A program made the position numbers and the translations under genes. A DNA stretch of 64,000 nt, taken from assembly GCA_013265495.1 (NCBI GenBank), contig MU061560.1:310001-374000 (forward strand), in the 5' to 3' direction. Position 1 is the first letter of the stretch. Every line of letters begins with the position of its first letter. The notes under the pieces were generated by a model that was not told the origin of the DNA, searched no databases, and saw nothing but the letters and a program-made list of their open reading frames with translations. This document shows, one piece after another, positions 1 through 14,096 of the stretch. Source of the DNA: Vicugna vicugna. Its lineage: Eukaryota.

Positions 1-384
1 AATGATTGAGGTTGAATTCAACAAGAATCCTGACGAAGTCCAACTAGATTCTTAGTGCTCTGCTCCAGCGGCTTTTGGAGATAGACTTTTTTCCCTGGCA
101 CACTTCACCAAATCATGGGCTTAAAAACAGTTGTATTTGCCCTCATTCTTGGGCAAATAGGACCTAGGCATCCTAATTTTTTTTTTAAACAAGATTGCCA
201 CAGAATGTTACTAAAAGCCTTTGTTTATGTTTGATAAAGCAGTTGCACAAAAAAGTTGTATTCAGTAAAATTCCTTACAAGTTAATTACTTAAAACTTTG
301 CAAATAACTGAAGTTAGACGCTTTGGATTTTGTTTTTAGAGCTAAGTGCAGATTTTGCAAGGGCATTCATCTCCATGTCGGCCA

Positions 385-555
385 GGATTTAAAACTGGTT
401 CTACAAATATTAGCTGAGTAGCCTTAGGCAAATGATTATCCTCTCGGGGCCTCAATATTGTTATCTATTAAATGGGAATAAAAATAACACCTACCTCGAG
501 GAGCTGTTGCGAAGCCTCACACGTGTGCTTGGCATGGCTACTGGCATATGGCTGG
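385..555 (+). mobile_element. MIR
   Basis: tagctgagtagccttaggcaaatgattatcctctcggggcctcaa...atctattaaatgggaataaaaataacacctacctc. Confidence 0.7.
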
Positions 556-3054
556 CAGTGGGGCCAGAATTAGCTTTTGCATTATTTCAGTGCTGTATGC
601 ATATATTTTTAGAACGCACTTAGGATTATTTCTCAGGAGTAGCATTCCAGAAGTAGAATTACTGGATCAAATGATATAAGGTTTTCTTTTCTTTTCTTTT
701 CTTTTTTAAGGTCATATATGTAGCTTTATTGCTTTTCTAGAGGATTAAAGCAGTGTATGCTCTCATTAGTAATGGAAGAGAGTTCCCATTTCACTGAGCC
801 CTGGAAAGCATTAAGCTTCGTAACTCTTTCAGGTTGCTTATTTGATAGCTAAAGAGTGGCATTTCAGTGTTAATTTATAAGGTCATTGACAATAGGGACA
901 TGGTTTATCGTCTTCATTACTACATCCTAGCCCAGAGCTTGGCATATAGTAGACATCCAGAAAAAAGAACAAATCAGTGATGAGAAATTTACCGCTTTCA
1001 TTAATTTGTGGAATAATAAATGTGTACATTCACTAATTAAGGAGTAATTGCTACACCTTCATTTTTTGCACGTTTGTTAGGTTTCAGTGTCTCTATTATT
1101 TATGTGTGGTTCAAGAAATTATTGACTTCTTAATCACTTGCTCTGAGTATTCACCCCAGTTTATTTGCCTTTAGATTTTATTTTATTTTTGACACATTGA
1201 ATTTTTGGCAGTTCTGTTTTTAAATCTGCTGCGTGTTTCCTTTGAGATTCCTTTTAGTAGTTTTAAGGGTAGAATGTTTTTTCTTCCTTCTTCTCCCCTT
1301 TACCCGTCTCAAAACTATAAAACTATAATGCTCATTTATATCAGTTTTTATGGTTTAATTTTTACTCTTAACGCTTTAGTTTATGTGAGATTCAGCTTGG
1401 TGTGAGGAACAATGTGAGAGTTTAAATTTAAAATGTTCCCCTAAATGGCTAAATGTCCCAACACCATTTACATCATGATGCTTCTCTTTTTATAAGAATA
1501 TTAAATTCTATTCTTTGTATTCAAACATCATGAATAGCTTAAACTGAGAGAACTGGGGTAGATTATAGTCTCAAAAAAACCACCCCAGAATATTTTTATA
1601 ATGTTAGCAAAAGAAATGAGAAGAATTAATTGTTAGTAAAGTTATTTTCAATTCAAGGAATGAAAAATAGGCCATATTTAATTATTACTGTTTCCCAGAA
1701 TATACAACATTGATGATTTGACATAGATCTTTTAGACATGATTTATAAGCTTTTAGAATTTGCATATAAGTCCTGGGTTAAGGATTTACATTTATGATGA
1801 ATCTCAATATTTTTACTTTGAGTATCAGAAAAATACAAGAGTGTAATCCAATTTAATTTTATTTCCCCCAGCCTGACTGGTCAGCAGTCGGATTTGATTA
1901 GTTTTCTGTAACCTAACTATTCAGTAGCCTAAGGGTTTCTTACCAGGTTTCTGAATAAATAAAGCATATTTTCAGTCTGAGTGAATTTCTTCATAATTTC
2001 TCTTTAATTAAAATTGATTCCTTTTTAAAGACATTTGTATTTTCTTTTCTAAAAGTACTCCAACATTATTCAGTCTTCACTGTGTTGTGTTCTGCTATCC
2101 TGTCTTGTCCCATTTCTGGCGTATTTTGTCTTATTTTTGGCCTATTATGTTATTTTCTCTACCTACTCTTATGCCAGAGATTTCCTTTGTGATGATTGTG
2201 TAATAATATGTTAAAGTTTACTGTTACTATTTTTCTCTTATTTCTTCTTACGTTTCAGTTACTTTGGTGGCCCTTTAATTTTTGGCTCATGTTTAAATGT
2301 TCTGATCCAGTTTTTAGATTATCAATACGCCTGTATGCTTGATCGATAGCACAATTTTGAAGATGAGCTCAGGCTCCCTGTTTTTCTCCTATGCTGACTT
2401 AATATTTCTTCTAGGAGCGACTTTAAAAATTCATTAGTTCAGTTGTCTACAAGGTAAGAAGAATCATCCTTTATCAACTGTCCCAAAATTAAAATGATTG
2501 ATTTCATGTACATTCTCTAAAATAAAATATGGAAACCAATGATGTTCACAACCAGACACTGCAAAAATCAATACTGAGTTTCTTTTGTATTTGAAATCGA
2601 GAGCTAATAACAGCTGCTTATAGGATTTTCCAATCTAATCTTTTTTCTGCTAATAGGTGCTCAGTCTGACAGGGCTCCTAAGGACCATTTCACTCTGTCT
2701 CTCTTTGCCCTCCCCCTTATGCAAATAAGATGACCCTTACATCCAATCAAATCATCACAACAGGCTTTTAATCATTTTTTAATGGAACATCAGTTTCTTG
2801 CACCTGCTTGCCTGCTACCCAAAGCCTTTGCATCTCCCTTCAGTCTACAGCACAGAATGTTCGTCAGAGGCTGTCATCAGATGGAGTTACCTTCAAATGC
2901 CTACTTGTTATTCTAGTCCTGTCAAAAACTCAGCTGACAGATATGCACGGGTCATAGCCCAGGTGACACACAGTCTGCCAAATCCTCCATTTTTTCTTAA
3001 GTTTTAGCCTTCTCTTGACACAGAGTATTAGAAAACTGTATACTCTTATCAGCA

Positions 3055-3215
3055 ATATGATGTGATGTTTAAAAATAGGGACTAAGAAGTCAGATAAGAG
3101 TTGAGTTCAAATTCAGGCCCCACCACTTACTTTCAGTGGAGTCTTGTCTAAATCAGATCATCTTTCTAAACTTTGTTTCTTTATCTGTGCAATAGGGATG
3201 AAAACAATGGTGAAG
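3055..3215 (+). mobile_element. MIR
   Basis: gagttcaaattcaggccccaccacttact...tttgtttctttatctgtgcaatagggatg. Confidence 0.65.
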
Positions 3216-3244
3216 GATTATATTTCTCTTGATTATCTAATTGT

Positions 3245-3515
3245 ATTTTTATTTTTATTAATTGACATATATTTGGTTTACAGTATGTTAATTTTTGGTG
3301 TACAGCATGGTGATTCAGTCATACATATATATGTATCCTTTATCATATTTTTCGTTATAGGCTATTACATGGTATTGAATATAGTTCCCTGTGCTGTACA
3401 GTAGGACTTTGTTGTTTATCTATTTTATATATAGTAGTTAGTATCTGCAAATCTCGAACTCTCAGTTTATCCCTTCACCGCACGTTTAACCCCCTGGTAA
3501 CCATCAGTTGTTTTT
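3245..3515 (-). mobile_element. LINE-1 3' end fragment (artiodactyl-type 3' UTR)
   Basis: ggtgtacagcatggtgattcagt...atagttccctgtgctgtacagtaggac...cccctggtaaccat; homologous to other L1 3' ends in the window. Confidence 0.85.
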
Positions 3516-3699
3516 TCTGGGGCTGGGGAGCGATTTGAGTTTTAATTAACATGTGGACAAATATAATATTAATTTTTTAAAATTTGAAATTTTTATGCAC
3601 AGAATCTCTTCTGTAGTATTTCATTATAGTCACTATTCTGTAGCTGAGCCATTGTAGGGAAAAATATCTAGCCTTTGGTGTAGCTCAGAAATTGTTTGT

Positions 3700-4815
3700 T
3701 GTTTGTTTCAATTTTATTTTCTGTTGAAGTGTAGTTGATTTACAATGTTAGTTTCAGGTGTAAAACAAAGTGATTCAGTTATGCATATATATAGATGTGT
3801 ATTTTCAGATTCTTTTCCATCATAGCTTATTATAAGAAATTAAATACAGTTCCCTGTGCTATACTATACAGTAGGCCCTTGTTGTTTATCTATTTTATGT
3901 ATAATAGTGTGTATCTGTTAATTCCAAACTCTTAATTTATCCCTCTCCCCTCTTTCCCCTTTGGTAATCATAGTTTGTTTTCTATGTCTGTGAGTCTATT
4001 TCTGGTTTGTAAATAACATTTTTATCTTTTTTTAGATTCTACATATAAGTGATATCATATGACACTTGTCTTTGTCTGACTTACATAATATGACAATCCA
4101 TCCATGTTGCTGCAAATGTCATTATTTTATTATTTTTTATGGCTGAGTAGTATTCCATTGTATAAATATATCACATCTTCTTTATCTGGTCATCTGTTGA
4201 TGGACATTTAGGCAGTTTCCATGTGTTGGCTATTGTATACAGTGCTGCTATGAACATTGGGGTGCATATATTAGTTTGAATTAAAGTTCCCTCTGGATAT
4301 ATGCCCAGGAGTGGGGTTGCTAGATCACATGGTAAGACTAGTTTTAGTCTTTTGAGGAATCTCCATACTGTTTTTCACAGTGGCTGCACCAAACTACCTT
4401 CCTACTAGCAGTGTAGGAGGGTTCCCTTTTCTTCACAGCCTCTCCAGCATTTATAGTTTGGACTTTGAATGATGGCCATTCTGACTGGTGTGAGGTGATA
4501 CCTCACTGTGGTTTTGATTTGCATTTCTCTGATAATTAGTGATATTGAGCATTTTTTCATGTGCCTATTGGCCATTTGTATGTCTTCATTGGAGAAATGT
4601 TTGCTTAGGTCTTCTGCCCAGTTTTGGATTGGGTGGTTTGTTTTTTTGTTATTGAGTTGTATGAGCTGTTTGTATATTCTGGAAATTTTAAGCCCTTATC
4701 AGTCACATCATTTACAAATACTTTCTCCCATTCTGTGGGCTGTCTTTTCATTTTGTTTATAATTTCCTTTGCTACGCAAAAGCTGGTAAGTTTAATCAGT
4801 TCCCATTTGTTTATC
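3700..4815 (-). mobile_element. 5'-truncated LINE-1 (3' UTR plus ORF2 C-terminal region, degraded)
   Basis: Typical antisense L1 text: atggctgagtagtattccattg, gatggacatttagg, gccattctgactggtgtgaggtgatacctcactgtggttttgatttgcatttctctgat. Confidence 0.93.
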
Positions 4816-6334
4816 TAATGGTGTTTTTAAAATCAGATAACTAGAATTCTGTGACTTTTGTATGTTTCTTTTTTCACTTGTTGGCTGGGAATCAGAGCTG
4901 AGTGTAAAGCTCAGTTAAAGTGAGTAATTGAGACCTGGTCAGGATAATGCTGTTTGGTACGCAAGCTGTTTGCCCAAGTGAGAAATCTGTTGTCTAAGAT
5001 CAATTGATTTTCCTAAAGCAAACAGTTGGTAATTCAAAACCAGAGTTGAATTACTGGTTTATATTCTTATCTGCACTGAGCAAAGTTTCCCTGGAACGAA
5101 CAATTAAGTCATATTGACACAGGGGTCTCATTTCTCAGTCCCAGTAGCTACATCATGTCAGTGTTTGCATTCATGCTTCTCAAGGATATTTGCTGCCTCT
5201 CTTTTTTTTTTTTATTGTCTGAAATTTCACATCTTAACTGCTTTTTTATGTAGACATATTTTATTTATAATGGCCTCAAAACATTTTAAGCAGAGAGTAG
5301 AAATAATCATCATAATAAAATACGGATGATGATATAATCCAAATCAGCAGAGACAAAGAAAGCAAAAGAGGCCGTAGTGTAATGGTCAAAGCATGGGATC
5401 CAGAGTCAGATACACCTGACAGTCAGATAGATAGAACTAGATGGGACAGTGCAAAGCTCTTGGAGTAGTTCATAGGATAAGTGCCCAATAAACAGTAGTT
5501 TAAGGAAAAAGAGTGAAATTATAACTTGGTGCCACAGGCATTTTAAAGATTGCGTATTGGGTTGAGGCAAAGTTGAGATTTGGAAAGAAAAAGTGGCCCT
5601 CAGCAATTTTTTTAAAATCAAGAAACATGAGCTATAGTAGCCAAAAAAATGCCTAACTTTAACCTGGCTCCTGTTAAGTTTAAGAATTATTTAAAGAACA
5701 TCACAAATGCCTGATTTGGTTAAATTCTTTGAGAAGGTCTAATCCCAAATTCCAGAGCTGGAGATGGACATGGTCATCTCTGGACTTCAGTTTTTAAAAT
5801 CAGGACATTCAAGGAGCAGCCAACATTGCTTTCAATTCTCTCTCTAATAGATGGAAAGACTTTTGCTAGCTGAGTGGCAAGAGTGGAAAAGGAATGTTAA
5901 AAATACCCGCTGGTCTCATTTTATTTTTAAGTCAGAAGGGAAAATTCCTGAAATGTTGCCTGACTTGACTTACCCAGTTTAGAACAGAAGGATCGTTTAG
6001 ATTGAAAAATAGTTGCCTGCTGGTAAATAAGGGAAATAATACCTTTGAACCTAGGGGCAGCTGAATGGCCTTTTATTTCTTAAGTTATGTCTCCCCTTCT
6101 TAGGATAACTAGGAGAAGGATGGGAGAGATCAGTCTCTAAGGAGGAAAAGAATTTATTATCTCTACCTCCAGAAATAACATTGTAATTACAGGACGGATT
6201 TCCACCAAACTGTTTTTAGAAATTGCACATTTTTAACTGATTAGGAAGAACTATTGAGAAAGCATCTTTATAGTTATTTGAAATTTGTAGTTTTTCCAAG
6301 TGTTTGTTATTTTTACTAACCTCCTCCCACTATC

Positions 6335-7050
6335 TGCATTTATCAGATGTTTATTGAGCACCTTCTATTGGGCAGATATTGCTCTAGGCACTGGAGATAC
6401 AGCAAGAAACAAGATAGCATCTTTGTCCTCATGAAACTTACATTTGAGTGAATGAGATGGACAATAAACATAATTACAATAGTCTGTCATGTTGTAAAAT
6501 GGGAAATCCTCATGGAGGGATTGGTGTGTTGGGTGGGCGTGACATCAAGAGTGTTGATGTGCTGATCATGTTTGGTTTGAGATGCCTGCTAGATCTCCAA
6601 GTGGAGAAGAAGAAGGTAACTGGATACGTCAGTCTGGAGCTCAAAGCAGAGGCTGATGCTAGAGAAAGGGATATAGGCGTTATCAGTGAATGCATGATGA
6701 TTAAAGCCGTGGGTCCAGATGTGATCACCTGTGGAGTGACAAGAGAACACATCCAGCAGTCAGACCTCAGACACTCCAATATATGGAGGTCAGCAAAGAA
6801 AAGGAGTCATTAAAGGAGACTGAGTTTTAGAGATAAATGTGTTTCCAAAAGGGGGAAATGAAGAACTGTGTGAGCAAGATAAAACTTAGAACTGATCATT
6901 AGATTTGGCAAGATGGAGGGAGGTTGCCAATGAGTGTGGCAAGAGATCTCCCTGGCGTGGAGGGAACCAAGGCTGATCAGGCTGCAGAGAGAAGGTTAAG
7001 AAATGGAGATGGCAGGTATAGACAGATTTAGCTCAGTAATTTGCCAGGAA
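6335..7050 (-). mobile_element. LINE-2 remnant
   Basis: gatgtttattgagcaccttctat...ctaggcactggagatacagc...gtcctcatgaaacttaca; then tttgagatgcctgctagatctccaagtggaga...ctggatacgtcagtctggagctc. Confidence 0.75.
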
Positions 7051-8346
7051 AGGTGGCAGAGGGATGGGGACACTATTATTTTTGTTTTCTTTGTTATTAG
7101 TTTCTTCTGTGGTGGTGGTTTATTTTCATGGGAGTTGTGTGTTTGTAAACTGATGATCCTTCAAGAAGGAAAAATTGGTGATGAAGGAGAGAGGTAGGAT
7201 GGGATAACTGCAGAAGTTAAGTCCTTGAGCAGGTGAGATCTCTCTTCCTGATAGGCATAAAGATGGAAACCTTAAAGTGAAAGAAAAAAAAAGATTCTTG
7301 GGCTGATATCAAGAACTCTGCGTTAGGATAGGGTGCGGATGGTGTGGGAGTAGGGAATAGGGGGAAGGGGGAACTGGGAATCTGAGGAGCCTGTATCAGT
7401 ACCATTTTCTAGGGAAAGGAACCCCAGGTGCGTAGGGTAGAGTATGGTACCAATTGCGCCCCCCCCCAAGGATTTGAACAAGCCAACTTCCTGGTTCCCT
7501 GGGATGAAAAGGTGAGCCTGGGCTTTCCTGGCAGGAAGCCTGAAGTAAACTGGGATCACTTCACAACAAAGCACGTTCTTCTATGTATGTGCTTGTATGT
7601 GGCTTCTTTGAAATAACTTAGTTGATTCCGTACTTTGGTTAACAGTGTGTAAATCTAAAGTGATTTGTTCGTCTGTCTGTGAATGTGTCTTTCCTCTTCC
7701 CGCTTTCTCTCTCATCTGGAGCTGAAACAGGGAACAAGACAGTTTCCGACTTGAATTTCATAAAGGAAGCTGATACAGATCATTATGGCTGGAGAGGGAG
7801 TGTCCCTGTGTTTCCTAGTGTCCCTAACAGCATGCAGATGGAGTCTGGCTTACAATGCTCTGAGTTTGGGAGTGTTTTCCTAGAGATCGCTAAGGGCTTC
7901 AGGAGCCTACAGATGAGTTTGTTCGTTTGCTTTTTAGTAGTTTAAATGCTGCCAGTTAATTGGCAGCATTGAGCTGAAGTTGTTCCATTATCGTATTTTT
8001 AGTTCATTTTTAGGCACAAATATCTTCCTATATGATCTGATAATACCGATCATTTCCAAGTGATTTTATTGCAGCACCAGTTTGGTTCCCAGGAATGCCG
8101 AAGCATGGATCCTCCACTAGACACTTGAAAAGGAAATAATAAGGACTTAGAAATAAATGTTGTCGAGGTTAGTATAACAGACCATTTTGGTGAGGGACCC
8201 ATTCTTTGAAATCAAATAAGAGACCCAAGAAAGAATGCTGGGAGAACCTGTATGACAGAATGAAAAGAATAAAAATCGTATCATTGTGTTAATTCCACAG
8301 CCATAGATCTGCGACGCTAAAAGAATAGCTAGAACTAAAGCTTGTC

Positions 8347-8670
8347 TTGTTGATACATTCATTAGTGTCTTGTTTCTCTTTTTAGATTCCACATTTGAGT
8401 GATATCATATGGTATTTTTTCCCCTTTCTTGGGGGTGGGAAGGGATAAATTGGGAATTCAAGACTTGCAAATACTAACTAGTATATATGAAATAGATAAA
8501 CAACAAATTTCTACTATAGAGCACAGGGAACGGTATTTAATATCTTGTAGCAACCTATAATGAAAAAGAATATGAAAACAAATATATGTATGACTGAAAT
8601 GTTATGCTGTACACCAGAAATTGACACATTGTAAACTGACTATACTTCAGTTAAAAACAAAACTAAACTA
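8347..8670 (+). mobile_element. Short LINE-1 with 5' inversion (about 8347-8430 antisense, about 8431-8670 sense)
   Basis: Antisense L1 3' UTR segment (tttagattccacatttgagtgatatcatatggtattt) joined to a sense L1 3' end with A-rich tail; near-perfect TSD aactaaa(g)cttgtc. Confidence 0.8.
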
Positions 8671-8789
8671 AACTAAACTTGTCCTACACGACATTTATCA
8701 CAAAGAAATTCTGTTTAGACATTGAGTCAAACTTTCCTGACTAGATTGCACACAGTTAATGTTGTACGCTCTGCAATTACCCTCTTTCT

Positions 8790-8950
8790 GTTCAAATCTG
8801 GGTTTCATCACTTATTAGCTGTGTGGACTTTGGACAGGTAACTCCTTTGCACCTCAGAGAAAGAGACACAACAGTGCCTACCTTAGTGGGGTATTGCTGA
8901 GGATAAAATGCAACCACGTACAGAACAATGAGAATGATGTCAGCGACACA
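8790..8950 (+). mobile_element. MIR
   Basis: ttcaaatctggg...acttattagctgtgtggactttggacaggtaact...acagtgcctacctt...attgctgaggataaaatg. Confidence 0.6.
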
Positions 8951-9546
8951 GATGAGATTTTTTTTTATCGTAAGATGACTGTCTAGAAAACATAGTGCAA
9001 CTTGCAGTGTATATTGATCGTTCACTTAATTTTAGGGATGCTGAAATGATAGGGCAGTGATGGCAGACTTACTGAATACTCAGGGATGAGAAATGAAACT
9101 CAGGTTTTACCTTGTTTTGTCATTGCCTTTCACTAGGTATTCCATTTACTTTTCAAAATTGTAGTATTTTCATCTTTATTACCTACAGACATATTCTCGG
9201 TAAGTGTAGGCCACACCTTATGTAATTGTGAGGATGACGTTGCCAACTCGATTTCTAGTCTTTTTGAGCCTGCTGGAACCTATGCAAATTCTCCCTCTTT
9301 GAATTTTTTATGTTTACCCCATTTTTTCTGGCTGGAGTAGAAAATTTTCTTTAAAGTTATTGCTGCTACAAAGGAAATTCTAGTCCTCAAAACGTCAATT
9401 AGACACAACCCTTCATTGTTGTTATACATTTAAAAAGTTTTCTACACATATATTAAAAATATTTAAACAAAGTAGATTGACATAAAGATGAAATTTTTCT
9501 TCGCCACTGCCCAACCTCCAGTCCTACCCTGTAGAAGTAACCACTT

Positions 9547-9935
9547 ATATTAGGTTTCTGTAACAAATTGCTAAATTTTGTGGATTAAAAAATACAGATG
9601 TTTAATCTTACAGTTCTATAGTTCAGAAATTTGAAATTTGTCTCACTGGAGCTAAAACCAAGATGTTACCAGGGCTGTATGTTTCTTACTTGAGGCTCTA
9701 GAAGAGAGTCTTTTTTTCTTGCCCTTTCCAGCTTCTAGGGGCCGCCCGCATTCCTTAGTCCGTGGTCCCCTCCTCCGTCTTCAGCATCAAGCTACATCCT
9801 TCTCACGCTGCCATCTCTCTGGTTCTCATCTTCTGCCTCGCTTCCATTTTTCATTGTGCCCACCTGGAAAATCCAATCTAATCTCCGTGCTTCATGGTCA
9901 GCTGATGACCAACCTTAACTCACCTGCAACCTTAT
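9547..9935 (-). mobile_element. MaLR LTR (MLT1C/D-like)
   Basis: ctgtaacaaattgc...atcttacagttct...gaggctctag...cttgccctttccagcttctaggggccgcccgcattcctt. Confidence 0.75.
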
Positions 9936-10142
9936 TCCCTCTTATTGCCTGGTTTCCCTCTAGGGCAATTAAAAGAGCAGTGAGTTAGTAGATAACATTG
10001 CTTAAAGAGCAATTTCCTTCTTTTGTCCGCCTTGTTCAATTGGTCTGCTTTTCTTCTCTCTGAGCTCTGGAGAGACATTTTTTTCTCCCAAAGCAAAAGC
10101 ACTGAGATCCAGTCAATGCTTTGACGGAGACCCACCCCTTGT

Positions 10143-10490
10143 TCCTTAGACTACATCCTGCTCAGGCTGCCATAACAAACCATCACAGACTTGGGATGTG
10201 CAGACAGCAGAAATAGACGTTATCTCACAATTCCGGCCCCGAGGTCCAGGGCCAGCCGATTTGGTTCCTGGCTTGCTGTGCCCCCAGCTGGCTTTTCCTC
10301 TGTGCTCACAGGAGGAGAGCCAGCTGTCATTGCTAAGGGTACTAATCCCATCCGGCCACAGCCCCACCCCCATGACATCATCTAACCTTAATTACCTCCC
10401 AAAGGCCGAGTCTTCAGATACCATCGCCCTGAGGGGGTTTGTGCTTCTTCAACATAGAAATTCACCTGGGAGGCAATTCAGGCTGTAACA
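10143..10490 (-). mobile_element. MaLR LTR (MLT1A-like)
   Basis: ctcaggctgccataacaaaccatcacagact...taagggtactaatcccatc...catgacatcatctaaccttaattacctcccaaaggcc...cttcaacatagaaatt. Confidence 0.8.
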
Positions 10491-11014
10491 GTCATCTGGA
10501 TGGAGTTTGAAAAAACTCTTATCCAGGCCAAAGCGCATCTCTTTTTAAAGTAGTAGAAGCATAATTGCTAATGTGACCCTTTTTAAATGGTCACTTATTC
10601 TACAGATATTTCTTGTTTGTGCCCCGTGACTCACTGGCTTAAAGCTCTCCTAGTGATGAAGAGCGCTGAACCTGGGGAACAGAGCCATTCTGCCCGTGTG
10701 CTCCGTGAGGCCATGGCCAGGCACCTGGCTACCTGCTCCTTGCCGCCTCCCTGAGGGCCTCTGTCCCTGCTTCTCACTCTCCCCGCAGCGCTTTGCCTCA
10801 AGGCGGCCAGCTCATGCTCATTGTTCAGGCTCCCACTAAACGTCACCCCCTTAGGACGTCCCTGACACCCAGTCACAGCTGTGTATTCCTTGGGCTTGCT
10901 GGTCTGGGCCAGAGGCTTTGCTGGATGTAAAAAAGACAAAGATCGGGAGCCAAAAGCCAGGCTTATTACAGTGTTAGCCTTACATGTTGGCGGGTGTGTG
11001 TTAGCAAGACTACC

Positions 11015-11215
11015 TAGCATGTCCTGAACACCTACTGTGTGTGAAGCGCTATGCCAGAGGTTCAGCATTATTTCTCTAATCTAATCTTTACAGCGGCCTC
11101 TGATGCACGTATGATTGTTATCCTCACTTTATGTCAGGTCAGCAAACTGCAGCTTAAGGAGGTCAACTCACTTGCCAAAGGCTGTACACGACCAGGTATA
11201 GAGCTGGGAGTTACC
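11015..11215 (-). mobile_element. MIR
   Basis: tgaacacctactgtgtg...cattatttctctaatctaatctttacagc...aaactgcagcttaaggaggtcaactcacttgccaaagg. Confidence 0.65.
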
Positions 11216-14096
11216 CATTTTCGTTGGGCTACAGACTTTAAGCCCAATAAGATTTCCCTTTGGCCAAATGATCGACAAGACTCAATAAGACAAAGTATCT
11301 TTATTTTTAAAAATTGAGACAATAATAGATCAGAAGGAATATTGTGAAAAGAGGCAGTGAATTATCTTAATGAAGATAAAGGTATTTTGTAATCGGACAG
11401 ACCTGAGTGTGAACTCTGGCCCCGCCACCCCGCTGGCTCTGTCACCGTGGATTAAAGACTTCTCTTACCTTCTGTTTCTTGCCTGTAAAAAGGAACTTAT
11501 GATTACATGAGCAAAGAAACACTGGCACTGACAGATTCTCAATGTTAGTTTGATTTCCTTGAATAATATTAACAAAATTCAGGTATCTCTTCTGTGCAGT
11601 TTAGCACTAAGCACAAATAAGCATCGAATAATCTCTTTTTAATGGGTTTATAGCACTTTAAGCTTGCCTTCTGAATGTCATCATAAGTCTGGTGACTGAG
11701 ACACTGGGCAGTAACTCAGTAGGAATATTTATTACAATTGTTCACTTTGATTTTTTTAAACTCTATTTAATTTTATGTTTGCTTAAAATTGACTTGTTTT
11801 AAGCCAGTCATAACTTGGGCCCCAGGCATATATTAATTTACCATTGTGATTGATCCAAAATCTCATTACTTAGATTTATATCCTCAATTCACTAATGAAA
11901 GATATTAAAATAATGTTGAATAAAATATATGGACAGTAATAAAATAATACAGTATAGCTTCAAAATCTGAATATAACTATGGTAGTATTTGTGTTATGGC
12001 TGATTCTTTCAAAAAAGCAGTTTCAGCTTACTGAAAAATCCATATTTTAAAAGCCTGTCAGTCGAATGTTTCTGGAAAATGTAAGCTTTACCGAAAGTTT
12101 TCAACTTTCATAGAAGTGAGAGTAAGTAAGTGAGGTACCATTAAAGAATCAAAGATATCTCACACATAATTGTATTAATTAAATGGTGGGTGGGAACATA
12201 TATTATCTCACTATTTAACTCAGTAAAATGTTAAGTAGGGAAAACAAAGAAGGTGATTATCAGGAGTTTTTAGGTAAAACTGTAGTAAGATTTAAAAAAA
12301 TGAACTATTTCTCCCACATACACACTGAGGGTTCATTTGGCTGAGAGTGATTCGAAATATATATTTTGTAGTATTTCTTTGGCCGTGGCCCACACACTAA
12401 AGGCAGACATTTCTCAGTCATTTTCAGGTTTGTTGCCTAAGATGCTAATTGAAATTCAAGGCAGGGAAAACTGCGTCACCGGCCTTTGTGTGTCTGTGAA
12501 AGGCCTTCTCATTAGACTTAGCTCGGTATAAAAGCTTCTCCTCCCTGCCGCCTGAGAGGGACCCTGTGTGTGAAGTGTGTCCAGTGGGGTCTTCAAAAGC
12601 CATGTAGACACCAGGCGCTCACCAGCCGGAAGCCCTCGTGCTGTCTCTGCAGCAGTGAGCCCTGAGCAGCAGGTGCCAAAAGAAGATGCCCAGCGCACTT
12701 TCCAAAACTCTTTCCCAGGGCTGGGGGAAGGGAGCCATCCTGGGAGCCCCTGTGCAGAGCTCCGAGTCTCCAGGGAGGGAAAGCACGGTCCTTATCCCCC
12801 AGACGCTCCCTTTTCTTCCCTGAATTGGTGTTCTTTGAACCTCAGAGCCACATGCCACATTGCTCGGAGCCTGAGGCTCCCACAGCCCCTCGGTCCTCTC
12901 TTCACTGTGAATTCAGCCTGATTTGCAGAGGACTATTCACTTTCCCCTTGCATGTTTTAGTCTTTTCCTTTCAATTTGTTTTCTTTGGCTTTCTGCCTGA
13001 AGCCAGGAGACAAAGTCAGTGAGAATGTGTTAATGAAAAGAGCTCAAAAAAGAAAGAAAGAAAAAAAAAGAGCTCAAACTTAGGATCTGGGAGATTTGGA
13101 TCATAACTAGGTAGGTATTTCCTACCTCTGTGGATTACCCCAGTTTCCTTCGTCTCTCTGGGCTTCAGTTTACTGATTATTATAGTAGAATAGATACCAC
13201 AAATTCTTTTTATTTAACTATTTGTCCCATATTTAACTACCAACTACTAATATTATGCATTCGTTATATGTGGTTGAATCATAGCATTCTTTTGCTGTCT
13301 TTTTATGCCTGAGAAATTTCTTTCCTCTGCCTGGTATGTTCTATGTAAGTGGCGAAAACAACTTTTATTAAAACATTAAATAATCAAGTTTGCCCACTTC
13401 AATGGCACTGTAATGGATTGAAAAATTCACTTTGAGCGACTGTAGAATAAGTAATGACAAAAAAGCATTTTATAAAAGAAAATGTAAAAGCATGAGAAAA
13501 CTACAAGACTTAGAGTCAATTTATAACCTTCACCTGCCAAGAAGGAAAAAAAGTTATTGAGTATATTTATTCAATTTATGTATACCTTTCATATATTTCC
13601 AATCTAAACTGAATTTCTGCTTAGAGAGTAGTATTCAAGTATTTCTTTTGTTCATCTTGCCTTATGGTACTTTGTTTGGTTTTAGAAGTCTGTCTGCAAA
13701 GATGCAGTTTGTAGAAACATATTCCAATGATTTCTTACTGTTACAGAGTGCATGAAAAAATGCCTCAGAGTATTATCTTAGGAAGGCAAAAAAATTCTGA
13801 TGCAACTTGCAGCCTTGACACTCGGCTTCCCTGCAGGGCTGACTTGTATGGTCTGCCTTGTGGGGACGGAGCAGCTCACTGTCTCCTGACTGTTCAAGGT
13901 GTGAGCCAGGGGGGCTACGCCTTGTCTTCTGTGCAGTGTCTTCCTGGGCAGCTGCTGGAATTCATTATTTATTGCCCTCCACTCTGCTCGCCTCCATTTC
14001 TGTTATGTTTGCTTTTCCTAAAGTTGCAGCAGTTACACAGGGTCAGATCATTGAGAAGACTCACCAGAGTCCAAAGGGTGTATTCGTATAAGGTTT

